DNA from: Bacteroidales bacterium
Lineage (GTDB): Bacteria > Bacteroidota > Bacteroidia > Bacteroidales > Marinilabiliaceae
DNA length: 64,000 nt
Direction: 5' to 3'
Assembly: GCA_900766825.1 (NCBI GenBank)
Contig: CAAFWU010000017.1
Location: forward strand, 112 to 64,111
Below are positions 18,989 to 27,172 of the stretch, in pieces. Within the stretch, counting starts at the first letter, position 1, and every line of letters starts with the position of its first letter. Under the pieces are notes generated by a model. That model was not told the origin of the DNA and did no database searches. It saw only the letters and a list, made by a program, of their open reading frames with translations. The position numbers and the translations under genes are program-made.

Positions 18989-20795
18989 TACTCTTATAAA
19001 AACTTACTCTGACAATGAGCTTGCGTTAAATAAGCTCGTTGTCACTTCGTATATTCGATATAACAATCTTAATGTTAAGGATGGCTATCTTATGCCATTC
19101 GTGGTAACTGAAGAAAAAGAACTAAAAGAAGAGATAGAACTTCTCAGTAAAAGTTGTACGATTGAGGACGTAATCAATATTTTTGAACTTGCCATTCCTG
19201 AATCTGAACAGACGGTCAATGGGGCAGTTTATACTCCGAAGTACATACGAGATTATATAGTTCGACGAGTTCTTGACCATGCAAATAAAGAGTTGTCAGA
19301 ACTATTATGTGCTGACATCTCTTGTGGTTGTGGTGCTTTTTTGTTCACATTATTAGTTGAAATACATGAACGAACAAACCTTTCGTGTAGAGATATATTA
19401 CAAAGACTTTACGGTACTGATATAAGCTCAAATAGCATTGGTAGAGCCAAGATTTTGCTTGCTCTTGCAGCATTAGAATATGGTGAGACAATTTATAATG
19501 AGGATTTTCGTCTATATACAGGAGATTCTCTAATATACGATTTTATGTCGATGCCTGCTGTTTGCGAAAATGGAGGTCTTGATATTATTGTAGGTAATCC
19601 ACCGTATGTTCGTTCCAAGAATATTGATGTTGAGACTAAGAAAAATCTTCCTTTATGGAGTACATCGAAGATAGGTAATGCTGATTTGTATATACCTTTC
19701 TTTGAAATTGGATTAAGTGTGCTAACTGACGAAGGTCTGCTTGGATATATCACTGTAAATACTTTCTTCAAGAGTGTTAATGCAAGAATACTACGAAACT
19801 TTTTAACATCTAACAATTATTCGCTGAGGATTATTGATTTTGGAGAGCAAAAAGTCTTCAAGAAGAAACTTGCATATACATGTTTGGCTTTCTTGTCAAA
19901 GACTCAAAGCAAATCTATTTCCTATATAAAAGCAAATATTGCAGAAGTTGAAAAGCAAATTGAGTTCGCATATAATCAAATAGATTTTGCATTGTTGGAT
20001 AATCATCGAGGATGGCACTTAAATGAAGCTGGTACCCTTGCAAATATTAGACTCATTGAGAATGCAGGTATTCCTTTGGGTGATTCATATGTCATGAAGA
20101 ATGGCATAGCAACATTGGCTAATGATATATTTATCTTCAAGCCTGAGAAACTTGATAAAGACTATTACTATCTTTTAAGAGAAGGAATTGAATATAAGAT
20201 AGAAAAAGGTATATGCAGAAGTATCATTAAACCAAATATTATTAAATCAGAGGATGATATTCCTATAAAAGAAGAAAGGATTATTACGCCTTACGATGCA
20301 AATAACAATGTTATTCCTGAAGATTTTTTCAGAGAAAATTATCCGATGGCTTACCAATATCTATCAGCCCACAGGAAAACTCTTGATGGTCGAGATAAAG
20401 GAGAAGGTGACTATGGAGCATGGTATGCCTTTGGAAGAACCCAGGCTATCGCTGATCGAGGGCTAAAACTGCTGTTTCCTTATATGAGTGACGTTCCTCA
20501 TTTTATTTATACGAATCAAAGAGAGATGATGATTTATTGTGGATATGCCATTTATCATGAATCAGAATCTGAATTACTCTTCTTGAAAAAGGTCTTGGAA
20601 TCAAGCGTATTTAACTATTATATGAGAAACTCTAGCAAGCCGTATTCTGCAGGGTATTATTCATATGCTAAGAACTATGTGAAGAACTTTGGTATGTATC
20701 CATTCTCGGATGAACAAAAAAGTTATGTTCTTGCCATGAATACTCAAGCAGAGGTTGATGCATATATTCAAAGTTTATATCGAATTAACATATAG
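18972..20795 (+). CDS. Stand-alone N6-adenine DNA methyltransferase (Eco57I M-like, TaqI-like C-terminal domain)
   Basis: 607 aa. Motifs are GAVYTPKYIRDYIV, CADISCGCGAFL, IIVGNPPYVRSKN (nt 19596-19607) and WYAFGRTQ. It overlaps the upstream gene by 17 nt. Confidence 0.8.
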   Translation: MDKKVNTLIKTYSDNELALNKLVVTSYIRYNNLNVKDGYLMPFVVTEEKELKEEIELLSKSCTIEDVINIFELAIPESEQTVNGAVYTPKYIRDYIVRRVLDHANKELSELLCADISCGCGAFLFTLLVEIHERTNLSCRDILQRLYGTDISSNSIGRAKILLALAALEYGETIYNEDFRLYTGDSLIYDFMSMPAVCENGGLDIIVGNPPYVRSKNIDVETKKNLPLWSTSKIGNADLYIPFFEIGLSVLTDEGLLGYITVNTFFKSVNARILRNFLTSNNYSLRIIDFGEQKVFKKKLAYTCLAFLSKTQSKSISYIKANIAEVEKQIEFAYNQIDFALLDNHRGWHLNEAGTLANIRLIENAGIPLGDSYVMKNGIATLANDIFIFKPEKLDKDYYYLLREGIEYKIEKGICRSIIKPNIIKSEDDIPIKEERIITPYDANNNVIPEDFFRENYPMAYQYLSAHRKTLDGRDKGEGDYGAWYAFGRTQAIADRGLKLLFPYMSDVPHFIYTNQREMMIYCGYAIYHESESELLFLKKVLESSVFNYYMRNSSKPYSAGYYSYAKNYVKNFGMYPFSDEQKSYVLAMNTQAEVDAYIQSLYRINI

Positions 20796-20923
20796 GAAAT
20801 ATTGATGGAGAATTATGCCATAAAAGGAGTGAAAGATTTTACGGCAAGCTACATAGGTTAATCATCTTCCCAAGAATGCGAACTTTTATGTCTTGTTTAA
20901 CTTGAAATTGTTCATGTGTAGTG

Positions 20924-21025
20924 GTGGACCAAAGCGTGGACCAAATTTTTGAGCTTCGTGAGCTACGTGGACCAAATCTTGGCTGTTTTTTTGTCCACCG
21001 CCAGTACAAAGTTAAATCTTGGTCC
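20924..21025. repeat. Iteron-like cluster of GTGGACCAAA motifs
   Basis: There are perfect direct copies at 20924-20933, 20936-20945 and 20967-20976. An inverted near-copy (GTGGACAAA) is at 20990-20998, and an inverted core (GGACCAA) is at 21019-21025. Confidence 0.85.
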
Positions 21026-21150
21026 GATATTTGTTCTCATAAAATCCACCATAAACTGCATTCTTATTAAGAGACTTTATATTTCGCTTCCCTTTTGTGA
21101 AAAGCCTCTTTTTCAGCGTTTTTATGAAAGCATTTTTGTTTTAAATGTGT

Positions 21151-21501
21151 TCAAGTTTGAGCGTTCAGAAACAGCCCAAAATAATGTTGATGTAGTTGCC
21201 TCATAACCACAACCTCGTTGTATTCGCCCACCGCAGGCTGTGCCCCAATTGGCAGTCGGGGTGTGCCACCCATAGCCGACTGGGTCTTGTAAACGAACCG
21301 TATGTCTTGACCCTCGAATGCTATCTTTGCATTGCTCTCAGCTTGCCCCTCAGCTACTTTTCTTTCCAATCCGTTGGTCTCCTCGCTTGACATTGCGGCC
21401 GAGTCTGCATCTGTAGAACCGTTGTTGTTCTGGTTGCTCGAACCCGAGCAAGATTGCAATGCCAGAGGCAAGGCAAATATTATGTAGGCAATCTGTTTCA
21501 T
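21151..21501 (-). pseudogene. Truncated fifth member of the YD-like lipoprotein family (N-terminal ~95 aa only)
   Basis: It has the lipobox LALQS-C-SGSS, a low-complexity linker, then the family motif IRFVYK...EYNEVVV (compare YRFVF...ECNKLVW in gene 4). Homology stops near 21205 where GC content drops. The tail reads into island DNA to a stop at 21151. Confidence 0.65.
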
Positions 21502-21688
21502 AACAGTTTATTTTTCCATTTCTGCTAAACACTGCTTTTTTTCTCAGCATTCTTTATTACGAAACGTACTTTTCTGTGTCGCAAAACGTACTTTCTGTAT
21601 CTATGAGCGAGTAAATCTCTTTTTGTCACGCATTGAGCTGGTGATTATAAAAAAAAACACATTCCTCATCATCGATGTGGAATGTGCA
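21431..21688. repeat. Copy B of the imperfect ~240-bp direct repeat
   Basis: See copy A. It includes the WYL-gene terminator hairpin, the paired AAAGTACGTTT motifs and the signal-peptide start of the truncated paralogue. Confidence 0.8.
21649..21686 (-). terminator. Rho-independent terminator after the WYL regulator gene
   Basis: On the minus strand: stem CACATTCC / GGAATGTG followed by T9. Confidence 0.7.
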
Positions 21689-21758
21689 CTGTATCTGGTT
21701 TTAAGGTTCGCGTGATGTCTATGTTGGCAACCGTGGTTTTGTCTTTACACTTTAGTAC

Positions 21759-22703
21759 CTAACCCTCTGTTTCGTATTGCATCTTCATCTCGTTGAGCGA
21801 ATCTACAATCATGTCTATGAGCGATTTAGGTTCTAAAACCTTGACGCGAGCGCTACGGGAGAGTATGTAGCCCACAAAATCCCATGTGGGCGATATGTTG
21901 TTCAGTTCAAAGTCGGTGTAGCCATTGGTTTCGTTCACAATGTGTTGCGATGGGTGTATGGGCAGGTCTTTGATTGCCATGGCTTCGCGACCATAGGCTC
22001 GGATCAGAACTCGTTGGGGTGCAACATTGTCATCGTGCATAACACCAAATGTGGTTGCAAAGTATCGTTCGGCATCAAAACCTTCGTCCATAACAAAGCT
22101 CTGACCATTGGGCTCGATCTGTTGTATGCGGTCGAGTGAGAAAATGCGCAGTCCGTCGCACTCTTTTTCGCCCTCTTGGTCAATTTTGCGTATTCTGCCC
22201 ACCACATACCACCGGCGTTTGAATAGTTTGAGGCAGTAGGGGGCTATGACATAATGTTTTGGCTCTGTGGAAACGTATTTCATGTAGGTCATGTTGAGTT
22301 CTTTGCTCTGTTTCATGGCCTCTATGATTGTGCGCAGCGAGCCCGTGGCCGATGGAATTGGTTCCAACACAATGCGATGGCTTATGCTCACGCCGTCGCT
22401 TAGCATGTTGTTAACGCTCAGTGTGTTCAGCATCCAACGTTGTATGCTGCCATCGCGTATCTCGTCCTTGTTGCTTATGTAGTAGCTGTAGTCTGAATTT
22501 CTCTTCTCGCACTCAATGCAGATGCCAAAGATGTCCTGAATGTCCTCCTTATATCTGTTGAAGGTTGAGCGCGGTAGTGGTCTCCCATCGCCAATGGACG
22601 ATCGTTGCCACATTTCACTTATCTCCCTCAGTGTTATGCTCTTCCGCTCCAGTATGGTGTTGACTAACCAAATGTATTTCTTGAAAATGTATGATGTAGA
22701 CAT
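21759..22703 (-). CDS. WYL-domain transcriptional regulator (wHTH-WYL-WCX architecture, BrxR/CapW-like)
   Basis: 314 aa. It has an N-terminal wHTH (ITLREISEMWQRS...STFNRYKEDI), a WYL core (YCLKLFKRRWYVVG) and a C-terminal VKVLEPKSLIDMI extension. Confidence 0.75.
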   Translation of the reverse strand: MSTSYIFKKYIWLVNTILERKSITLREISEMWQRSSIGDGRPLPRSTFNRYKEDIQDIFGICIECEKRNSDYSYYISNKDEIRDGSIQRWMLNTLSVNNMLSDGVSISHRIVLEPIPSATGSLRTIIEAMKQSKELNMTYMKYVSTEPKHYVIAPYCLKLFKRRWYVVGRIRKIDQEGEKECDGLRIFSLDRIQQIEPNGQSFVMDEGFDAERYFATTFGVMHDDNVAPQRVLIRAYGREAMAIKDLPIHPSQHIVNETNGYTDFELNNISPTWDFVGYILSRSARVKVLEPKSLIDMIVDSLNEMKMQYETEG

Positions 22704-22746
22704 AACGTGACTTAAAACCTTTACAGCATAAAATTACTTATTAAAT

Positions 22747-22765
22747 TGTCCCATAGTGTGGGACA
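22747..22765. promoter_or_regulatory. Inverted repeat TGTCCCA-N5-TGGGACA upstream of the WYL gene (candidate auto-operator)
   Basis: Perfect 7-bp arms, 44-62 nt upstream of the ATG at 22703. Confidence 0.4.
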
Positions 22766-22865
22766 GCTCCTGTCTTAGTATTCAACTTGTTGCAAAAGAT
22801 TTAAGTGTAGGAGGCACAATTTGTTTGTTGTGATACTATCTTGTGATTGTTCTCAGTCTGTATAT

Positions 22866-22904
22866 AACAAAAAAGAAAGGCGTCATCCCAAGTGAGATAA
22901 CGCC
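22866..22904 (-). terminator. Terminator after the tRNA-fMet pair
   Basis: On the minus strand: stem GGCGT/ACGCC followed by TTTCTTTTTTGTT. Confidence 0.5.
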
Positions 22905-22925
22905 CTTCAACTTTATTTACCTTAG

Positions 22926-22997
<72 letters not shown>

Positions 22998-23029
22998 ATC
23001 TGAATATCGTTTAAGATTTAAACCCTTAG

Positions 23030-23101
<72 letters not shown>

Positions 23102-23196
23102 ATATGTATCTTTTAAAGTCTCGAATCTCACTGCGCTCTATCATCTCGCTCAGTGTCGCTCAGTGTCTTGACTTGGTTTATTTCTTAAATGCAGTG

Positions 23197-23204
23197 CAAA
23201 GTTA
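23197..23204 (-). promoter_or_regulatory. Candidate -7 box (TAACTTTG) for the tRNA-fMet genes
   Basis: Minus-strand TAnnTTTG match about 95 nt upstream of copy 2. Confidence 0.4.
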
Positions 23205-23356
23205 GTGAATTTAAATGACATTGCAACATCTTTGTGGCTAAGAAATATTATTTACTTGTAAAATATGTATAATTTCTATTCTATTCTCTCTTTTGAGGCT
23301 CATTCTAATCACCGTTGTAATGAAATTTTTTTAGAGAACGGTACGACACATCTGTC

Positions 23357-24580
23357 TTATCTCTTCAAAAACTCCTTTAAGTGGACGCAGTCTATGCCTT
23401 CATAGGAGCCTTGGGTGGCCAGATCGTCCATGCATACGACAATTTTGGGGTAGTTATCCTTTATCTTTAGCAAGTTTCCAAATTCACGCTCCATGGTCTC
23501 ATCGGTCTGTAGCATATAGCTTACCTGTATATAGATCCGCTGCCCGTCTTGCTCTGCAACAAAGTCTATTTCGCCGTTTTGCAGCTGACCCACATATATT
23601 TTGTAGCCCTTTTTTTTGAGATGTAGGTATACTGCATTTTCCATGAGTTTCTCAATGTCGCGGCGAATGTTGATGCCTATCAAGCGGTTGCGAAGTCCTA
23701 TGTCCTCAAAATAATACTTTTCGTTTGTCTCGAATATCTTGCGCCCATGTATGTCGTATCGTTTCACCTCATCTATAATGTAGGCGTTGGTTAGAAACCC
23801 TATGTAATTTGATATCAACATTGGAGATATGGTCTGCCCTTGCGACCGCATGAATTTGCTAATGCTATTGGCCGATATGTTTTTGCCGATGTTGTCGCTT
23901 AGAAAACTCACTATGTCGGTCAGAAAACGCACGTTGCGTATGCTCTCGCGCATTATCACGTCCTTCATAATCACGGTGTTGTAAACATCGCCCAAGTAGT
24001 CCATTGTCATCTGCCGATTGTTTAACCCAATGTGAGCCAATTGGGGCAAACCTCCGTAGGATAGGTAATCAATGAGTGCGTTTTGCTCATCGGCTTTCTT
24101 GTGAAATTTCAGAAATTCATCATAGTCCAGACTTTGGATGTGTATCTCTATGTATCGCCCCGACAGATATGTGGCCAGTTCCCCCGACAGCATCTTGGCG
24201 TTGCTGCCAGTGATCACAATGTCGCACATCTGCTTGGCCTGATAGTTCCGAAGCGAGTTCTCGAAGCCATCGATTTCCTGTACTTCGTCAATGAACAAAT
24301 AGTTTGGAACATTGTCCTTTAGGTGTGAGTCGATATATTCGTTCAGCTGGACGTCTGTTAGAATGTTTCGAAACTCTGCATACTCCTTATTAATATATAT
24401 GATGTTAGCCTCGCTTTCCGACACCTTTATCTCTTTACTTACACTTTGCAGTATGCAGCTTTTGCCCACACGTCGCTGCCCTGTGAGCACAACTATGAGC
24501 CCTTTGCCCAAGTAGTTTAGTACCTTTTCTATGTATTGGTTTCGCCTTATGAGTTCTATCATATTGTTTCTGCTTTGCAC
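23357..24580 (-). CDS. AAA-family ATPase with DUF4143-like C-terminal domain
   Basis: 407 aa. It has a Walker A (LTGQRRVGKS) and Walker B (YLFIDEVQ), and a C-terminal GEIDFV...IYIQVSY nuclease-fold-like motif. The true start may be M7 (24562). Confidence 0.75.
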   Translation of the reverse strand: MQSRNNMIELIRRNQYIEKVLNYLGKGLIVVLTGQRRVGKSCILQSVSKEIKVSESEANIIYINKEYAEFRNILTDVQLNEYIDSHLKDNVPNYLFIDEVQEIDGFENSLRNYQAKQMCDIVITGSNAKMLSGELATYLSGRYIEIHIQSLDYDEFLKFHKKADEQNALIDYLSYGGLPQLAHIGLNNRQMTMDYLGDVYNTVIMKDVIMRESIRNVRFLTDIVSFLSDNIGKNISANSISKFMRSQGQTISPMLISNYIGFLTNAYIIDEVKRYDIHGRKIFETNEKYYFEDIGLRNRLIGINIRRDIEKLMENAVYLHLKKKGYKIYVGQLQNGEIDFVAEQDGQRIYIQVSYMLQTDETMEREFGNLLKIKDNYPKIVVCMDDLATQGSYEGIDCVHLKEFLKR

Positions 24581-24699
24581 TCTAAGTTAGCTTGAGTTTT
24601 TTATTTATACAATAAATAGTTGCCCAAATCTGGATGTTTTAATTTATAGATTAAAAAGTTGGCGATAAGGGGCTGTTTTTCATTTATACATTAAAAATC

Positions 24700-24748
24700 G
24701 CCGAAGTGCATCAAACTGGCTCAATTTTCCAGTCTGATGCACTTCGGC
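24700..24748 (-). terminator. Long hairpin terminator downstream of the S46 peptidase gene
   Basis: 20-bp inverted repeat GCCGAAGTGCATCA(A/G)ACTGG with a 9-nt loop. Confidence 0.6.
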
Positions 24749-24780
24749 AATATAGTGTTTCTCTTTGTAGCTAACGGCTG

Positions 24781-26907
24781 TTATCGGAGGTCCAGCTCAT
24801 CCATAATTTGCTGAGCACCACCGAGTTTGTCGATTATGAAGAGTACGTAGCGGATGTCCACACATATGCATCGTTGAACTTCTGGCTCAAAGATTATGTC
24901 GCCGCTCATGGCCTCCCAGTTGCCGTCGAAGGCCAAGCCGAGCAGTTCGCCTTTGCCATTGAGTACGGGGCTACCCGAGTTGCCGCCCGTGATGTCGTTG
25001 TTCGTGATGAAGCAAACGTGCATCTTGCCATCGGCATCGGCATATCGACCAAAGTCTTTGGCTTTGTAGAGTTCCTTGAGCTTGGGCGCCACGTTAAATT
25101 CCCAACTGTTGGGGTTCTCTTTAGCCATCACGCCATCCAGATCGGTGAAGTAGGTGTAGGTGGTGTCCGCTGTGCTGTAGCCGCCCACGGTGCCGTAGCT
25201 GAGTCGGCAACTGAAGTTGGCGTTGGAGTAGAGGGGTTTGTCGGTGTTCATGCTTAGGCGACCTGCCATGTAGATGCGCTGTGCGTCAGAAAGTTTGTCC
25301 TTGATGGTTGAAGAACGGCCCACAATGCGGTCGGTGTAGACCTTCATGATGTCCTTAGCATAGACTGCGGCCTTATCATCGTGGATGGCTTTGAAGTTTC
25401 CTTTCTTGGCGGCTGCAATCAGGTAGGTTGAGTCGGCCATTAGGCTGTTGGCGAACAAGTCGTTGATGAGGGGACCAAAGCCTTGTGCGTTCTCCACTTC
25501 CGAGAAGAATTTGGGGTGGAATGCTTTGTCGATGTGTGTGTAGTAGAATGCCAAGAGGGCTTGGGTGGCCTTGCGGTCGGTCTCTACATTGTAGTCTTTG
25601 TAGAATGAGCGGGTCTGCTCAATGATCTTGTCGGTGGCACTGTCTGTAGCTGCCTTACGAATCTTCTGGGCAAAGTTGAATATTTCGGGACCGCGGAGCA
25701 GACACTCCGAGAGGTAGGAACTGGCTTTGGCGTAGGGCTCAACCTGTGCAATGAGTCGCTTGAGTTGCTTGAGAACTTTCTTCTGTTCCTTGGTGCCGTT
25801 TTGGTTGGCCCATGCCTGAAAGTCGGCCTCCTCGGCTTGCTTGCGACCTACAACATTGAGGTTGTTGATGCCGCGGTTCATGCCAATGCTGTTCTTGTAA
25901 TAGTTGGTGCTGCGGGCGTACTTTGATGCGTATTTGATGTAGATGGCTTGGTCTGCCATCATGTCCTCGAACCATATGTTTTGCTTAATCTCGCGGGGTT
26001 GTATGCGGCTGGCGTTCAGCACGTCGCGTGTCATGTTCACACCCCACGATGTGGCGTAGCGGTCGGTGCTGCCAGGGTAGCCAATGGTCATGGCATAGTC
26101 GCCTGGCTTCATGCCGCTAACCGAGATGGGTAAGTGGTAGAGGGGTTTGTAGGGTTTGTTCGAGGCCGAGTAGTCGGCGGGCTCGTTGTTTTCGTCGGCG
26201 TAGACACGGAAGATGGAGAAGTCGCCTGTGTGACGGGGCCATTGCCAGTTGTCGGTGTCGTGACCGAACTTGCCTATGCTCTCGGGTGGGGTGCCCACGA
26301 GGCGTACGTCGTTGAAGACTTTATAGCGGATGAGGAAGAATTGGTTGTCGTCGAAGAAGCTGGCCACGCGAACCTCGATGTGTCCATTGGCTTGACCTTT
26401 GGCTTTCTCCTCGGCCATAGACTTCACGTGGGCCATATTGTCTTTGATCTTTTTGGTGCGTTCGGCTGGGGTCAAAGTGTTGTCTACGCCTACCATAACG
26501 CTGTCGGTCACATCAACCAACGACTGGAGGAAACGAACCTGAAGCCCAGGCACTGGCAAGTCCTCTTCGAAGGAACGGGACCAGTAGCCATCGTGCAAAT
26601 AGTTGTGCTCCACGGACGAGAGTTGCTGTATGGAGGAGTAGCCGCAGTGGTGGTTGGTAAAAATGAGACCTTGGTCGGAGACAATCTCGCCTGTGCAACC
26701 TCCGCCAAAGATTATTACGGCGTCTTTGATGGAACCATGGTTGACGCTGTAGATCTGGTCGGCTGTGAGGCGGCAGCCCATCTTGTTCATTGTTTTGATG
26801 TTGTGCTTCTCAATGAGCGAGAGCAGCCACATGCCTTCATCGGCCAACGCTGTGCTGACCATGCCGAGTGACACACATAGTGTCAAGAAGAACTTTTTTA
26901 ACAACAT
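24781..26907 (-). CDS. S46-family dipeptidyl-peptidase (DPP7-like)
   Basis: 708 aa with a signal peptide. It has the N-terminal DEGMWL, FTNHHCG (His) and GGNSGSPVLN (Ser). The FDGNWE motif carries Gly where, from memory, DPP11 has Arg. Confidence 0.85.
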   Translation of the reverse strand: MLLKKFFLTLCVSLGMVSTALADEGMWLLSLIEKHNIKTMNKMGCRLTADQIYSVNHGSIKDAVIIFGGGCTGEIVSDQGLIFTNHHCGYSSIQQLSSVEHNYLHDGYWSRSFEEDLPVPGLQVRFLQSLVDVTDSVMVGVDNTLTPAERTKKIKDNMAHVKSMAEEKAKGQANGHIEVRVASFFDDNQFFLIRYKVFNDVRLVGTPPESIGKFGHDTDNWQWPRHTGDFSIFRVYADENNEPADYSASNKPYKPLYHLPISVSGMKPGDYAMTIGYPGSTDRYATSWGVNMTRDVLNASRIQPREIKQNIWFEDMMADQAIYIKYASKYARSTNYYKNSIGMNRGINNLNVVGRKQAEEADFQAWANQNGTKEQKKVLKQLKRLIAQVEPYAKASSYLSECLLRGPEIFNFAQKIRKAATDSATDKIIEQTRSFYKDYNVETDRKATQALLAFYYTHIDKAFHPKFFSEVENAQGFGPLINDLFANSLMADSTYLIAAAKKGNFKAIHDDKAAVYAKDIMKVYTDRIVGRSSTIKDKLSDAQRIYMAGRLSMNTDKPLYSNANFSCRLSYGTVGGYSTADTTYTYFTDLDGVMAKENPNSWEFNVAPKLKELYKAKDFGRYADADGKMHVCFITNNDITGGNSGSPVLNGKGELLGLAFDGNWEAMSGDIIFEPEVQRCICVDIRYVLFIIDKLGGAQQIMDELDLR

Positions 26908-27107
26908 GTTTCTGGTTTAATAGGTTAGGTTTAGGTAAGTAGAGACCATGCAATGAACTCTCTGTTTGGTTAGTTGACTTGCAGTGTGTGCTTTGGGTTT
27001 GTCAGTGCATGGCCAAATTTGTTATCTGAAGAATTTTGTCTGTCCCACAAGAGAATTGTGTGACACAAAGTTGACACGCAAAGTTATGTAATATAGCACA
27101 AAATTAC

Positions 27108-27144
27108 CCCCTCTTTGAACACAAAGAGTGTGCACAAAGAGGGG
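27108..27144 (-). terminator. Hairpin terminator downstream of fucO
   Basis: Stem CCCCTCTTTG / CAAAGAGGGG. Confidence 0.5.
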
Positions 27145-27172
27145 ATTGCGTTAACAAAAAACGCCTTTTTTC

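Noticed and set aside
15968-20795. A possible BREX (PglX-like methyltransferase next to a WYL/BrxR-like regulator).
   Set aside because: No PglZ, BrxC, BrxL, BrxA or BrxB genes are present. The large protein has an N-terminal PD...DAK nuclease motif and a companion MTase, which fits a self-contained Eco57I-type type IIG R-M system better.
20949-21206. An 85-aa plus-strand ORF spanning the iteron cluster.
   Set aside because: It is AT-rich with no motifs, crosses the island/paralogue junction, and is more likely non-coding repeat DNA.
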